A stretch of DNA of 36,318 nt from Chloroflexota bacterium. Its GTDB lineage: Bacteria > Chloroflexota > Anaerolineae > JACRMK01. The notes beneath the pieces are model-generated. The model worked only from the letters and a program-made list of their open reading frames with translations, was not told where the DNA came from and did not search any database. Position 1 is the first letter of the stretch. The number at the start of each line of letters is the position of its first letter. The stretch lies in the NCBI GenBank assembly GCA_016200765.1, contig JACQEC010000004.1, forward strand, positions 1 to 36,318, read 5' to 3'. A program made the position numbers and the translations under genes. Shown here one piece after another: positions 22,445 to 31,269 of the stretch.

Positions 22445-23587
22445 CTACGGATAGGGCCGGCGCGTCGCCGTCGGCACGGGTGTAGCCGTTGGTGGCGCCT
22501 GTGTCGCTGTGGGCGGCGGTGTATTGGTTGCGGGCGGCGGGTAGGGCCGAGGCGTAGATGTGGGTGGCGGCACGGGTGTAGCCGTCGGCGGTACGGGTGT
22601 GGCCGTCGGCGGCGCGGGTGTGGCTGTCGGCGGCACCGATGTCGCTGTTGGGACCGGCACGGGCGTGGCGGTTGGGGGCGCGCCGGTGGCCGTGGGGGCC
22701 GGCGCCGTGGCCGTCGCCGACGGCGTGTCGCCCGGTGTCGGCAAAGCCGTCTCGGTACCCGATGGCGTGAGAGTCGCCAGCGGCGGCACGGTTCCTGTCG
22801 GCGGTGGCTGTGAAGTCAGCGTTGGTAATGGAGACACCGTCGCAGTCGACGCGGGCAGGGGCGTGAGGGTCGCCAATGGGGGCGGCGTCTCCGTATCCAC
22901 AGGCTGGGGGGTGAGCGTCGCGCCCGGTATGGCCGTCTCGGTCGCGACCGGCGTGCGCTGTGGCGAAGGGGTCGGCGTCGGCGAACCGGTTGCTGTTTCC
23001 GTTGCGGTTGGCGAACCCGTCGGTGTGGGCGTCAATGTGATAGCCCGCGTGCCCGTGGGCGATGGCGTTTCACTGGCGACAGGCGACCTGACCGGGAGCG
23101 ACGTATTGGACGGCGTTGGGGATTGATCGCCGGTTGAAGTTCCCCGTATCGCGGGGCCGCCGGGCGTGCCCCCTTGCGCCCCGGTTGGCGCCGCGCCGGG
23201 CGTCGCGCCCCCGCGCGGCGTCGGCGTCGGCATCGGCGTCACGGTCGGCACAGGTGTGGTTAAGCTGACGACGACGGCCGCCAGCCGCACCGGCACATCG
23301 GTCGCTTCCGGTTGTTGATCGTGGATGATCTCCTCAACAATCACCAGGCGCACGGCCGGCATGCGCTTTGAAACCGGATCGGTGGAGTAGTTCGGGACCA
23401 GCGCCGAGCGCAACGACACCAGGAGAAACGACGGGCCGCGCAGGCCTGACGCCCCGAAGAAAAACAACGATAGCCCCAGGAACAGGATGCTTACGACGAC
23501 GACGATCACAAACAGGCGTTGCCAGAGACGCCCGCCGCCCACCTCGACCGCCGCGGCCGGCTCAATGACCGCTTGATCTTGGCTCAC
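22445..23587 (-). CDS. N-terminally anchored Thr/Pro-rich repeat protein
   Basis: GTG 23587 overlaps the upstream stop (GTGA). [24 protein letters not shown]. Conserved juxtamembrane block [29 protein letters not shown], then ~270 aa of P/T/A-rich sequence ending in PPTATP(V/A) 7-aa repeats. Confidence 0.75.
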   Translation of the reverse strand: MSQDQAVIEPAAAVEVGGGRLWQRLFVIVVVVSILFLGLSLFFFGASGLRGPSFLLVSLRSALVPNYSTDPVSKRMPAVRLVIVEEIIHDQQPEATDVPVRLAAVVVSLTTPVPTVTPMPTPTPRGGATPGAAPTGAQGGTPGGPAIRGTSTGDQSPTPSNTSLPVRSPVASETPSPTGTRAITLTPTPTGSPTATETATGSPTPTPSPQRTPVATETAIPGATLTPQPVDTETPPPLATLTPLPASTATVSPLPTLTSQPPPTGTVPPLATLTPSGTETALPTPGDTPSATATAPAPTATGAPPTATPVPVPTATSVPPTATPAPPTATPVPPTATPVPPPTSTPRPYPPPATNTPPPTATQAPPTATPVPTATRRPYP

Positions 23588-26145
23588 GGCTGTATCCCCG
23601 TGATGTCGTCGAAGGGCACCCGACCCGGCGAGCGTGGAAGCGGCACGGCAATCGGCGGCGCCGGGTTTCCGAAGAGCCTTGCCGGTCCGGGAGTCGCCGT
23701 CGGCGTCACGACGGGCGCTTGGGGGGCCGGCTTCATGACGGCTTGCGGCGTGGACACGGTTGCCCTATTCATCAGAGGCAGGGCGATGAGCGTGGCTGGG
23801 GGCGCTTCTTGAATGGTCAACGCCGTGGGCGCCGGTACCGGCGTGGATGGAACAACCGGCAGTGAGCTAAACACGAGCGTGCTGGTGGAGAATGGCGTCG
23901 GCGTTGGCCGGGGTATCTTGGTCGCGGTCGCGGTGGGCGTGGATGTGTCGGTCGGCGTTCTGGTTGGCCTCGGCGTACGGGTTGCTGTACCGGCCGGCGT
24001 GGCCGTGTCGGTGGGTGTAGCCGTCGCGGTGTCAGTCGGTGTAGCCGTCGCGGTATCAGTCGGTGTCGGCGTTGGAGTATCGGTTGGCGTGGGTGTCGCT
24101 GTATCCGTCGGCGTGGCCGTCGCCGTATTGGTTGGTGTGGCCGTCGCGGTGTCGGTCGGTGTGGCTGTCGCGGTATCAGTCGGTGTGGCCGTTGCGGTGT
24201 CGGTCGGTGTAGCGGTCGGCGTATGAGTCGCCGTCGCGGTGTCGGTCGGCGTGGCCGTTGCGGTATCGGTCGGTGTGGCTGTCGCGGTATCAGTCGGCGT
24301 GGCTGTCGCGGTATCAGTCGGCGTGGCTGTCGCGGTGTCAGTTGGCGTGGCTGTCGCGGTGTCAGTCGGCGTGGCCGTCGCCGTGTCAGTCGGCGTGGCC
24401 GTCGCGGTGTCAGTCGCCGTCGGCGTCTGAGTTGGCGTATTGGTCGGCGTGGCCGTCGCCGTATTGGTTGGTGTGGCCGTCGCGGTGTCGGTCGGCGTGG
24501 CCGTCGCCGTGTTAGTTGGCGTGGCCGTCGCGGTGTCAGTCGGTGTGGCCGTCGGCGTCTGAGTCGGTGTCGCGGTATCGGTCGGTGTAGGCGTCGCTGT
24601 ATTAGTTGGCGTATTGGTCGGCGTGGCTGTCGCGGTATCAGTCGGTGTGGCTGTTGCCGTGTTAGTTGGCGTGGCCGTGTCGGTCGGTGTGGCTGTCGCG
24701 GTGTCAGTCGGCGTCGCTGTCGCGGTGTCAGTTGGCGTGGCTGTCGCGGTGTCAGTCGGCGTCTGAGTCGGTGTATCCGTTGGCGTGGGTGTCGCTGTAT
24801 CCGTCGGCGTGGGCGTCGCCGTATTGGTTGGTGTGGCCGTCGCGGTGTCAGTCGGCGTGGGCGTCGCGGTGTCAGTTGGCGTGGCCGTGTCGGTCGGTGT
24901 AGCCGTCGCGGTATCGGTCGGTGTAGCCGTCGGCGTATGAGTCGGCATCGCGGTGTCGGTTGGCGTAGCCGTCGCGGTGTCGGTTGGTGTGGCTGTTACG
25001 GTGGGTGTACTCGTAGCCGTATCGGTCGGCTTGGCCGTCGCGGTATCGGTCGGCGTCGGTGTATGAGTGGGTGTATTGGTCGGCGTGGCTGTTGCCGTGT
25101 TAGTTGGTGTGGGCGTCGCGGTATCAGTCGGTGTGGCTGTCGGCGTATGAGTTGGCGTGGCTGTCGCCGTGTCGGTCGGTGTGGCCGTTGCGGTGGGTGT
25201 ACTCGTAGCCGTGTCAGTCGGCGTCGGCGTATAAGTCGGTGTAGCCGTTGGCGTGGGCGTGGCCGTGTCGGTCGGTGTGGCCGTCGCTGTATCCGTCGGC
25301 GTCGGTGTATGAGTGGGTGTATTGGTCGGTATGGGCGTCTTGGTATCGGTTGACGTGGCGGTCGCCGTATTCGTCGGTGTGAGCGTCGGAGTGTCCGAAG
25401 GCGTGGCCGTCGCGGTATTGGTTGGCATGGGCACCGGCGTGCGTGTCTGCGTTGGAATCGGCGTAGGGCTCTGCGTTGCGGTGCTGGTCTGCGTCGGCGT
25501 CTGGGTTGGAACCGGCGTTAATGTGCTCGTCGGTCGTGGCGTTGGCGTGTTCGTCGGCACCACACCCGTGGGCGTAGGGAACGGTGTCGCCGTATCGGCT
25601 GGGATGGGTGTCTCGGTTTCCGTTGGCGTCTCGGTCGGTGTTTCGGTTGGTGTCGGCGTGGTGGTGGCTGTCTCGGTTGGCGTCGCGGTTTCCGTCGGTG
25701 TTTGGGTTGGCGTCGGCGTGGTGGTGGCCGTCTCGGTCGGCGTCGCGGTTGTCGTCGGTGTTGTCGTCGGCGTCCGGGTCGGCGTCAGGGTACCGGTTGT
25801 GGTTACCGTTGGGGATACACTCGCGGCGGCGGTCCTCGTCGCCGTCAGAGAAGAAAGTGGCGCGCGCGTCGCGGTCGAGCCGGACGGCGGCCGGGTACTG
25901 CCCGGCGGCGCATTATTCCCCGCCAGCGGGGTTTCGATACTGGCTGGATCCGGCGTCGGCGTGGGCGTCGCCGTTGGAATGGGCGTAACGGATGGCACGG
26001 GTATGGACAAACTGATAACCAGTTCCGCGACTCGCGTTGGCGCATCGGTGGCTTCCGGTTGGCGATCCTGAATAACGTCTTCAATAATCACCAGCCGCAC
26101 GGCCGGCATCCGGATGGAAGGTGGCTCGGCGTGGTAGTCGGCCAC
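23584..26145 (-). CDS. giant Thr/Pro-rich repeat protein, paralog of 22445-23587 lacking the membrane anchor (possibly 5'-truncated)
   Basis: Same juxtamembrane block ([29 protein letters not shown]), then ~650 aa dominated by (T/N)-(D/P)-T-A-T-A-T-P units. The only in-frame start is GTG 26145. Homology to the paralog continues upstream of that start up to an in-frame stop at 26239-26241. Confidence 0.65.
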   Translation of the reverse strand: MADYHAEPPSIRMPAVRLVIIEDVIQDRQPEATDAPTRVAELVISLSIPVPSVTPIPTATPTPTPDPASIETPLAGNNAPPGSTRPPSGSTATRAPLSSLTATRTAAASVSPTVTTTGTLTPTRTPTTTPTTTATPTETATTTPTPTQTPTETATPTETATTTPTPTETPTETPTETETPIPADTATPFPTPTGVVPTNTPTPRPTSTLTPVPTQTPTQTSTATQSPTPIPTQTRTPVPMPTNTATATPSDTPTLTPTNTATATSTDTKTPIPTNTPTHTPTPTDTATATPTDTATPTPTATPTYTPTPTDTATSTPTATATPTDTATATPTHTPTATPTDTATPTPTNTATATPTNTPTHTPTPTDTATAKPTDTATSTPTVTATPTDTATATPTDTAMPTHTPTATPTDTATATPTDTATPTDTATPTPTDTATATPTNTATPTPTDTATPTPTDTPTQTPTDTATATPTDTATATPTDTATATPTDTATPTNTATATPTDTATATPTNTPTNTATPTPTDTATPTQTPTATPTDTATATPTNTATATPTDTATATPTNTATATPTNTPTQTPTATDTATATPTDTATATPTDTATATPTDTATATPTDTATATPTDTATATPTDTATATPTDTATATHTPTATPTDTATATPTDTATATPTDTATATPTNTATATPTDTATPTPTDTPTPTPTDTATATPTDTATATPTDTATPAGTATRTPRPTRTPTDTSTPTATATKIPRPTPTPFSTSTLVFSSLPVVPSTPVPAPTALTIQEAPPATLIALPLMNRATVSTPQAVMKPAPQAPVVTPTATPGPARLFGNPAPPIAVPLPRSPGRVPFDDITGIQP
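24000..25300 (-). repeat. 24-nt (8-codon) tandem repeat array inside the Thr/Pro-rich gene
   Basis: Example: gtggctgtcgcggtatcagtcggc is repeated head-to-tail with point variants at 24276-24420 (ATPTDTAT on the coding strand). The same period persists over ~1.3 kb with insertions of PT/NT variants. Confidence 0.9.
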
Positions 26146-26226
26146 CAGCCCCGAGCGCAGTGAAATCGGGATAAACTCAAGCCCCCGCAGGCCGGCCCGC
26201 GACGGGGCAAACAGCAGAGCCGGCCC

Positions 26227-26247
26227 CCTTCGACAGGCTCAGGGCGG
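26227..26247. repeat. REP-like motif CCTTCGACA(A/G)GCTCAGG, copy 1
   Basis: ccttcgacaggctcagggcgg. The same ~20-nt motif recurs at 31242-31260 (reverse complement) and 33112-33134. Confidence 0.5.
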
Positions 26248-26268
26248 GCCGCGCCCCGACGGGCGCAC

Positions 26269-28494
26269 TCACCGCGCGGTCGCTTTCATCGCTTCTTCAC
26301 CGTGGAAGTCGTGGGGCCTCAAGCGATAGGTCATCACCTCCTCGGCTTTGCCCTTCACGCTCTGCGCGCCCAACGGCTGAAACTTGAACTCGTCCTGCTG
26401 GGCCCCCAAAGCCCGCACGGTGCTCTCGCTGACGACTGCGCCGCTCTCGCCGAACTGCCGGGTCAGGCTCTCCAAGCGCTGGGTCGTGTTGACCGTGTCG
26501 CCAATGATCGTGTAGTGCAGGCGGTCACTCGCGCCCAAGCCGCCGGCGGCCACCGTTCCGGTATTCACGCCAATGCCGGTAATGAACGGCGCCTCGCCGC
26601 GTGTGATACGGCGCTCGTTCAGGCGCTCGATGGCGCCCAGCATCTCAATCGCCGTCCGGCAGGCCAGCGTGGCGCTCTCCTGCGATTCCAACGGGCGCGG
26701 CAGTATCCCGAAGAAAGCCATCAGAGCGTCGCCGACGAAGGTGTCCACCACGCCGCCGTTGGCGACGATAATCGGCACGAGGTCGCCGAAGTATTCATTG
26801 AGCCAGGCCATGACCGTCGTCGAGTCCACCTTTTCGGAAATCGGCGTGAAGCCGCGAATATCGGCCATCAGCACGGTCGCCATGGCGGTCTGACCTTCCA
26901 GGCGCAGGTCTCCCGAAGCGAACGTCTGGCGCAACTGCTCGCGCACCTGCGGCGAGACGGTGCGCCCCAGCAAGTCGCGGTAGATAGACCCTTCACGCAA
27001 ACCCGAAACCATGTAATTGAACGAGTGACCCAGCACCGCCACCTCATCATTGCCAACCGGATCAACCCGCGTTTCCAGATTGCCCTGCGCGACCTTGGCC
27101 GAGGCCGCCACCACCTGCAGCAGCGGCGTTGTGATGCGATTGGCGAGGTAGAGGCCAATGCCAATGACCAGACCAATCGCGATGGTCACCAACAGGAAAA
27201 TCTGCAGGCGCGTGATCTGGCTGGCGTTCACCAGAAAGGCTTGCGGGAGCGACGCGCCAATGACCCCGAGGTCTTCAACCCCGCGCGCTTTCCAGGTTCC
27301 GAGTATCTCGGTGTAACTGATGTCCGAGACGGACAGATCGCGCGTCAGGCTGGCCGACGCCTGGCGCTGCATCAACGCCGCCACCTGTTCGGGGGCGAGG
27401 GTGTAGCTCTCGGTCTGGCTGAACGAAAGGGTCGAAGCGATGATCTGACCATCGGCATCATACATGGTGGTCTGCGCCAGCGTATCTTGCCGGATGAGAC
27501 GCGCCAAAGTCTGCACCGATTTGCCAATCAAGATGGCCCCGGCCAACTTGCCGTTGTCGTCCAAGACCGGGCCGGCGACATAGAAGTAATCGCCCCACGT
27601 CGCGCGCGCCAGTCCGACGAATTTGTCGCGCCCTTGATCAACCCGGCGCTGCAACACGTTCTGCACAAACGCCCACGACGCAAAGTTGTCGCCGCGCGCC
27701 GCGCTATAATCTTCGACGCGGTCGCCCGGGCGGTGGCGCAGGGACAGCACGGCAATGCCCTGTTTATTCAGAATCTCAACCGCTTCGTCCTGCGCATTGA
27801 TCGCCAGCGGCAGGGCCAGCACGCGCAAGAGCTCGGCGTTTTCGGTGAGCACTCCGTCGGACGCGCCTTGCACGTTGGCGAGCAACCGCAGGGATTCCAA
27901 GAGGCGGTTTTCTTCGCGCACCATGCGCTCGCTGGTCAGTTTGCCGGCCTCGATCACCTGATTGGTGAACCGCTCCTCAATCGTGTCGAGCGTCACTCGG
28001 CTGATGACGTAGGACGCGGCCAGCGCGAGCAGGAGCGACAGAACAGCATAGGGGAAGGTAATCTTGATGCGCACCGGTATGCGCACCCTCGGCAGGGCCG
28101 ACTGTCCTTCAGCCTCTTCCAGCGGCACCGCCTCGCCTTTCTCAATATGCGCCAGCGCGCCCTCGAGCTTCTCGCGCGTAAAAGGCCGGCGCAAGATGGC
28201 GCGCGCGCCCTGCTCTTTGGCGCGCAATTCGCGCTCAATGTCCGGGTACTTCGTGGTGATAATGACTTTGGCTTGAGGGAAGCGCTGTTGTATCTGCTGC
28301 AGGAGGGTCAGCCAACTATCTTCCTTGAGCTGGAGGCTCGCCACCACCAGCTCCGGATTGACCTGGGCCATCAGGGCCAGCGCTTCGTCGGCAGTGCCGG
28401 CTCGCCAGAGGCGGTCGCGGCGCTGCTGAAAGAACTTGGCTAGCACCCGCGCAGAGCCGGAGTCGGATTGAACGATCAAAACTCGCGTGTTCAT
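26269..28494 (-). CDS. response-regulator receiver / transmembrane sensor / HAMP / class III adenylate (or guanylate) cyclase
   Basis: N-terminal REC (VLIVQSDSG.., ..ELVVASLQL.., ..IITTK). Two TM segments flank a ~280-aa extracytoplasmic domain. HAMP (..TPLLQVVAASAKVAQGNLETRV..). Cyclase core (..ATVLMADIRGFT.., ..DTFVGDALMAFFG.., ..IGVNTG.V..GG.G...R..YT.IGDTVN...RLE). Confidence 0.9.
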   Translation of the reverse strand: MNTRVLIVQSDSGSARVLAKFFQQRRDRLWRAGTADEALALMAQVNPELVVASLQLKEDSWLTLLQQIQQRFPQAKVIITTKYPDIERELRAKEQGARAILRRPFTREKLEGALAHIEKGEAVPLEEAEGQSALPRVRIPVRIKITFPYAVLSLLLALAASYVISRVTLDTIEERFTNQVIEAGKLTSERMVREENRLLESLRLLANVQGASDGVLTENAELLRVLALPLAINAQDEAVEILNKQGIAVLSLRHRPGDRVEDYSAARGDNFASWAFVQNVLQRRVDQGRDKFVGLARATWGDYFYVAGPVLDDNGKLAGAILIGKSVQTLARLIRQDTLAQTTMYDADGQIIASTLSFSQTESYTLAPEQVAALMQRQASASLTRDLSVSDISYTEILGTWKARGVEDLGVIGASLPQAFLVNASQITRLQIFLLVTIAIGLVIGIGLYLANRITTPLLQVVAASAKVAQGNLETRVDPVGNDEVAVLGHSFNYMVSGLREGSIYRDLLGRTVSPQVREQLRQTFASGDLRLEGQTAMATVLMADIRGFTPISEKVDSTTVMAWLNEYFGDLVPIIVANGGVVDTFVGDALMAFFGILPRPLESQESATLACRTAIEMLGAIERLNERRITRGEAPFITGIGVNTGTVAAGGLGASDRLHYTIIGDTVNTTQRLESLTRQFGESGAVVSESTVRALGAQQDEFKFQPLGAQSVKGKAEEVMTYRLRPHDFHGEEAMKATAR

Positions 28495-28508
28495 AGGTTG
28501 GTCACATG

Positions 28509-28600
28509 GCCGATAGCCGATAGCCGATGGCAGATAGCAGATAGCGAATAGCCATCAGCCCGGCCATCCGCCATCGGCCATCCGCCATCTGGAAGACAGT
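28509..28600. repeat. heptamer-built palindrome (GCCGATA/GCAGATA then GCCATCN words)
   Basis: gccgata gccgata gccgatg gcagata gcagata gcgaata | gccatca gcccggc catccgc catcggc catccgc catctgg. Same family as 13163-13290 and 31967-32032. Confidence 0.75.
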
Positions 28601-28676
28601 CTACCTTAATAGCAAAAGTTATAGCCGATTACCCCGCCTTTGTCAATGACCGTCATAGCGTAAACATCGCGGGGCT

Positions 28677-28749
28677 CCTCGCTCGTGGCGGATAGCCATA
28701 TCCGCCACTGAGGGCCGCTGGATTTGCGACCAGCGGGAGTCCAGCGGGA
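28677..28749. repeat. 73-nt structured repeat, copy A (inverted partner at 35787-35859)
   Basis: The reverse complement matches 35787-35859 at 72 of 73 positions. It contains a perfect 10-bp hairpin gtggcggata-gcca-tatccgccac and ccgctgg..ccagcgg hairpins. It ends 2 nt before ATG 28752. Confidence 0.85.
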
Positions 28750-28751
28750 CT

Positions 28752-29426
28752 ATGTCAGCCGGGCAAGTGCTGGAATTTCTGCGGATTCTGCTGGTCATTC
28801 TGATCTCCATTGACGTTCATGAGTTCAGCCATGCGTGGGCTGCCACGTGGCTGGGCGACCCCACACCCGAATCGCAAGGCCGCCTGACGTTAAATCCGGT
28901 CGCGCACCTAGACCCGCTCGGCACACTGATGATTGTCATCAGTTCCTTTAGCGGGTTCGGCTTTGGCTGGGGGCGGCCGGTGCAGGTCAACGCCGCGCGC
29001 TTGCGGTACGGCCCGGCCGTCGGCATGGGGATTGTCGCGGCCGCCGGGCCGCTGTCCAACCTCCTCATCGCCCTGATCACCTCGCTGGGCTACCGGCTGC
29101 TGGGCTGCTCGCCGGTCTTCAACGGCGGGGCGCTGTGTGACATGTTCACCACGTTCGTCTTGATCAACGTGGTCTTGGCGCTGTTTAATCTTATCCCGCT
29201 CTTCCCGCTCGATGGTTTTCGCATCGTGCTGGCGATTCTGCGGCTGTTTCGCGGGCGAACGGCGATTGAACTGGGATACCGGCTTGAAAGCACGGCCGCC
29301 TACGGGCCGATGCTCTTTATCCTGCTGATTTTGGCGGATCAGGTGCTTCATGTGAGCATTCTGCAGACCATCATCGGCACACCGGCCAATGCGCTCATTC
29401 GCTTCTTGTTGGGGTTCCGCCTGTGA
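28752..29426 (+). CDS. site-2 protease family (M50) membrane metalloprotease, minimal form
   Basis: HEFSHAWAA (HExxH) in the first TM region and NLIPLFPLDGFRIV (NxxPxxxLDG) in a later TM. No PDZ or CBS domain. Confidence 0.9.
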   Translation: MSAGQVLEFLRILLVILISIDVHEFSHAWAATWLGDPTPESQGRLTLNPVAHLDPLGTLMIVISSFSGFGFGWGRPVQVNAARLRYGPAVGMGIVAAAGPLSNLLIALITSLGYRLLGCSPVFNGGALCDMFTTFVLINVVLALFNLIPLFPLDGFRIVLAILRLFRGRTAIELGYRLESTAAYGPMLFILLILADQVLHVSILQTIIGTPANALIRFLLGFRL

Positions 29427-29971
29427 CGAAGACCCTGCGTCGCCTTCAACAGTTTGCGCAAGCCCTGCAGGCCGAGGTACAGTCGGCGGAACGGCTGATT
29501 CTCTCCGAGTACCTCGACGCGGCACAGCGCGCGCTATTCGAGCGCATGGCGGTCAGCGACCAGCGCCACAGCCTCGACCTGTTTTACGCCCTGCGCGACG
29601 CCGGCGAGTCGGATGAGTCGGTCCTGCAGGCCGCGCTCTTGCACGATCTCGGCAAGGCCGATGCGCCACTGCGCCTGCTGCACCGGGTTATTCACGTTGT
29701 GGCGGGAAAGGCGCTTCCCGGCGCGTGGGCCGCGTTCTGCGCCAGCCCGCGCCGTGATTGGCGACACCCTTTTTATGTGCTGGCCTGCCATGCCGAACTC
29801 GGCGCGCAGAAGGCTTCCCAGGCCGGCTGCTCCGCCGAGGTTGTCGCTTTGATTCGGCATCACCAGCATCCGATTACCGCACAGGTGCCCCCGTCGCTCC
29901 AGCGCAAACTGCGCGTCTTGCAAACGGCTGACGGGGAGCGCCAGGGCATAAAAGCGGCGAACGCCGGTTGA
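29423..29971 (+). CDS. HD-domain phosphohydrolase-like protein
   Basis: GTGA overlap with the M50 stop. ..RHSLDL.. and ..ALLHDLGK.. (HD motif), later ..HAELGA.. and ..IRHHQHP. Confidence 0.8.
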   Translation: MTKTLRRLQQFAQALQAEVQSAERLILSEYLDAAQRALFERMAVSDQRHSLDLFYALRDAGESDESVLQAALLHDLGKADAPLRLLHRVIHVVAGKALPGAWAAFCASPRRDWRHPFYVLACHAELGAQKASQAGCSAEVVALIRHHQHPITAQVPPSLQRKLRVLQTADGERQGIKAANAG

Positions 29972-29979
29972 GGGTTACT

Positions 29980-30981
29980 ATGGCTAGAGCAGTCATCTCG
30001 ATTGTTGGTCTGGGTCTGGTAGGCGCATCGCTGGGGCTGGCGATCCGCAAAGCCAAGCCCGAAATAGAGGTGTTGGGGCATGATCTCAACGCCAACGCCG
30101 CCAAACAGGCGTTGAAGCTGGGGGCCATCGAGAAATCCGAGTGGAACCTGATCAACGCTTGCGAGAAGGCGAATCTGTTGGTGCTGGCGACCCCGGCGAT
30201 GGCGATCAAAGAAATCTTCCAGCTGACCGCCCCCTACCTGCCCGAGGGTCAGGTCATTACCGACACCGCCGGCAGTAAAGCACAGGTCATGCAGTGGGCC
30301 GATGAACTGCTTCCAGCGCAGGTGTCTTTTGTGGGCGGCGACCCGATGGTCGGCGCCAACGGGAACGATTTTACGCCGCGCGCCGACCTGTTTCAGGGGG
30401 CGACCTACTGTCTCAGTTCCGGCACCGCCACGCCGAACAATGCCATCCAGTTGGTTGTGGGGCTCGTCGAGTTGGTCGGAGCGACGCCCTATTTTGTTGA
30501 CCCTTCCGAGCACGATAGCTTCGTGGCCATGACTGACCATCTGTCATTCATGGTGTCCACAGCGATGCTGCGCATGGCCGTCGCTCAGGGCGAGCCGAGC
30601 CGCATTCCCGCCGACATTCATCATCTGATTGGCGCAACCTTCCGGCGCGCGACCGGCTTTTCGTCCGACGACCCGCAGACCTTTCGCGATCTCTGCTTGA
30701 CCAATCGCGACGCCATCGCTCGCCGGCTGGATGAGATGAGCGCGAGCCTCGCAGACCTCAGCGCCGTGGTGCGCGAAGGCGACAGCCAGAAATTGGATGC
30801 GCTGTTTAACGGCATCTACGTGACCCGGCAGGTCGCCAGCCGGCCTTACCACGACCCCGATCAGGAAGCGCAATCGGCGGCCATCCGGATGCCCGGCGCT
30901 TTCGGGATCGGCGATTTGCTGGGCATTCACCCGCGCAAGGCGCCGGACAAGGGCAAAGAGGCCAACGGGCGAAGAAAGTAG
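29980..30981 (+). CDS. tyrA: prephenate/arogenate dehydrogenase family protein
   Basis: GAGGG lies 5 nt before ATG 29980 (TTG 29968 overlaps the upstream stop). NAD fold ISIVGLGLVGASLG. ..VLATP..., ..ITDTAGSK.., ..FVGGDPMVG.., ..HD...A..SHL. Substrate specificity was not determined. Confidence 0.85.
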   Translation: MARAVISIVGLGLVGASLGLAIRKAKPEIEVLGHDLNANAAKQALKLGAIEKSEWNLINACEKANLLVLATPAMAIKEIFQLTAPYLPEGQVITDTAGSKAQVMQWADELLPAQVSFVGGDPMVGANGNDFTPRADLFQGATYCLSSGTATPNNAIQLVVGLVELVGATPYFVDPSEHDSFVAMTDHLSFMVSTAMLRMAVAQGEPSRIPADIHHLIGATFRRATGFSSDDPQTFRDLCLTNRDAIARRLDEMSASLADLSAVVREGDSQKLDALFNGIYVTRQVASRPYHDPDQEAQSAAIRMPGAFGIGDLLGIHPRKAPDKGKEANGRRK

Positions 30982-30989
30982 CGCCACCA

Positions 30990-31227
30990 AAAACGTTGCG
31001 CGTTATGCGTTAGCGCGTTGGTGCGTGCACGGCCGGAGCGGGCAATCATTCACCGCAGAGGACGCAGAGGACGCAGAGATTTCTTCTGGCGCTTTCGCGG
31101 CGTGAAGTTTCGAGCGTGAAGTTCCGAGTTCTCTTCGGCGTTCCCGGCGGGCTCTGCGGTGAACCTATCGCGCTAACGCGCAACGCACTAACGCACAACG
31201 CGTAACGCACAACGCGCCAACGGTTTT
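30990..31227. mobile_element. MITE-like foldback element, copy A
   Basis: The terminal arms are made of AACGC(G/A)-type heptamers: aaaacgttgcgcgttatgcgttagcgcgtt.. pairs with ..aacgcgtaacgcacaacgcgccaacggtttt. The ~135-nt core has its own inverted ends (ttcaccgcagag / ctctgcggtgaa). The core is homologous to copy B in the opposite orientation. No ORF. Confidence 0.6.
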
Positions 31228-31241
31228 ATGGTGAGCTTGCA

Positions 31242-31260
31242 TCCTGAGCCTGTCGAAGGA
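31242..31260. repeat. REP-like motif, copy 2 (reverse orientation)
   Basis: tcctgagcctgtcgaagga, itself nearly palindromic, lies just upstream of ATG 31270. Confidence 0.5.
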
Positions 31261-31269
31261 TGTCGAACC

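Noticed and set aside
24000-25300. Possible CRISPR array because of regular short repeats
   Set aside because: The units are contiguous 24-mers with no unique spacers, they lie inside a long ORF with 3-nt periodicity, and there are no cas genes.
24223-25353. 376-aa Arg/Cys/Gly-rich plus-strand ORF and neighbouring Val/Gly-rich ORFs (23813-24226, 25313-26071)
   Set aside because: These are reverse-strand readings of the 24-nt tandem repeat. The minus-strand frame has a start context, a paralog and a conserved non-repetitive N-terminal block.
26302-28443. 713-aa plus-strand ORF
   Set aside because: It lies antisense to the REC-HAMP-cyclase gene, which has unambiguous catalytic motifs. Its translation is Arg/Gly/Gln-rich with no motifs.
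28606-28614. TGcTATTAA extended -10 on the minus strand as the promoter of the cyclase operon
   Set aside because: The -10 is plausible, but the -35 is absent (GGGTAA) and the site is ~115 nt from the ATG with the heptamer palindrome in between. This is too weak to list as a feature.
28677-28749. 73-nt repeat as a tRNA or tRNA-like gene (the length is right)
   Set aside because: Attempted cloverleaf folding fails. The only strong stem is 10 bp (too long for a T or anticodon arm), there is no T-loop (TTCGA) or D-loop signature, and the acceptor pairing is imperfect.
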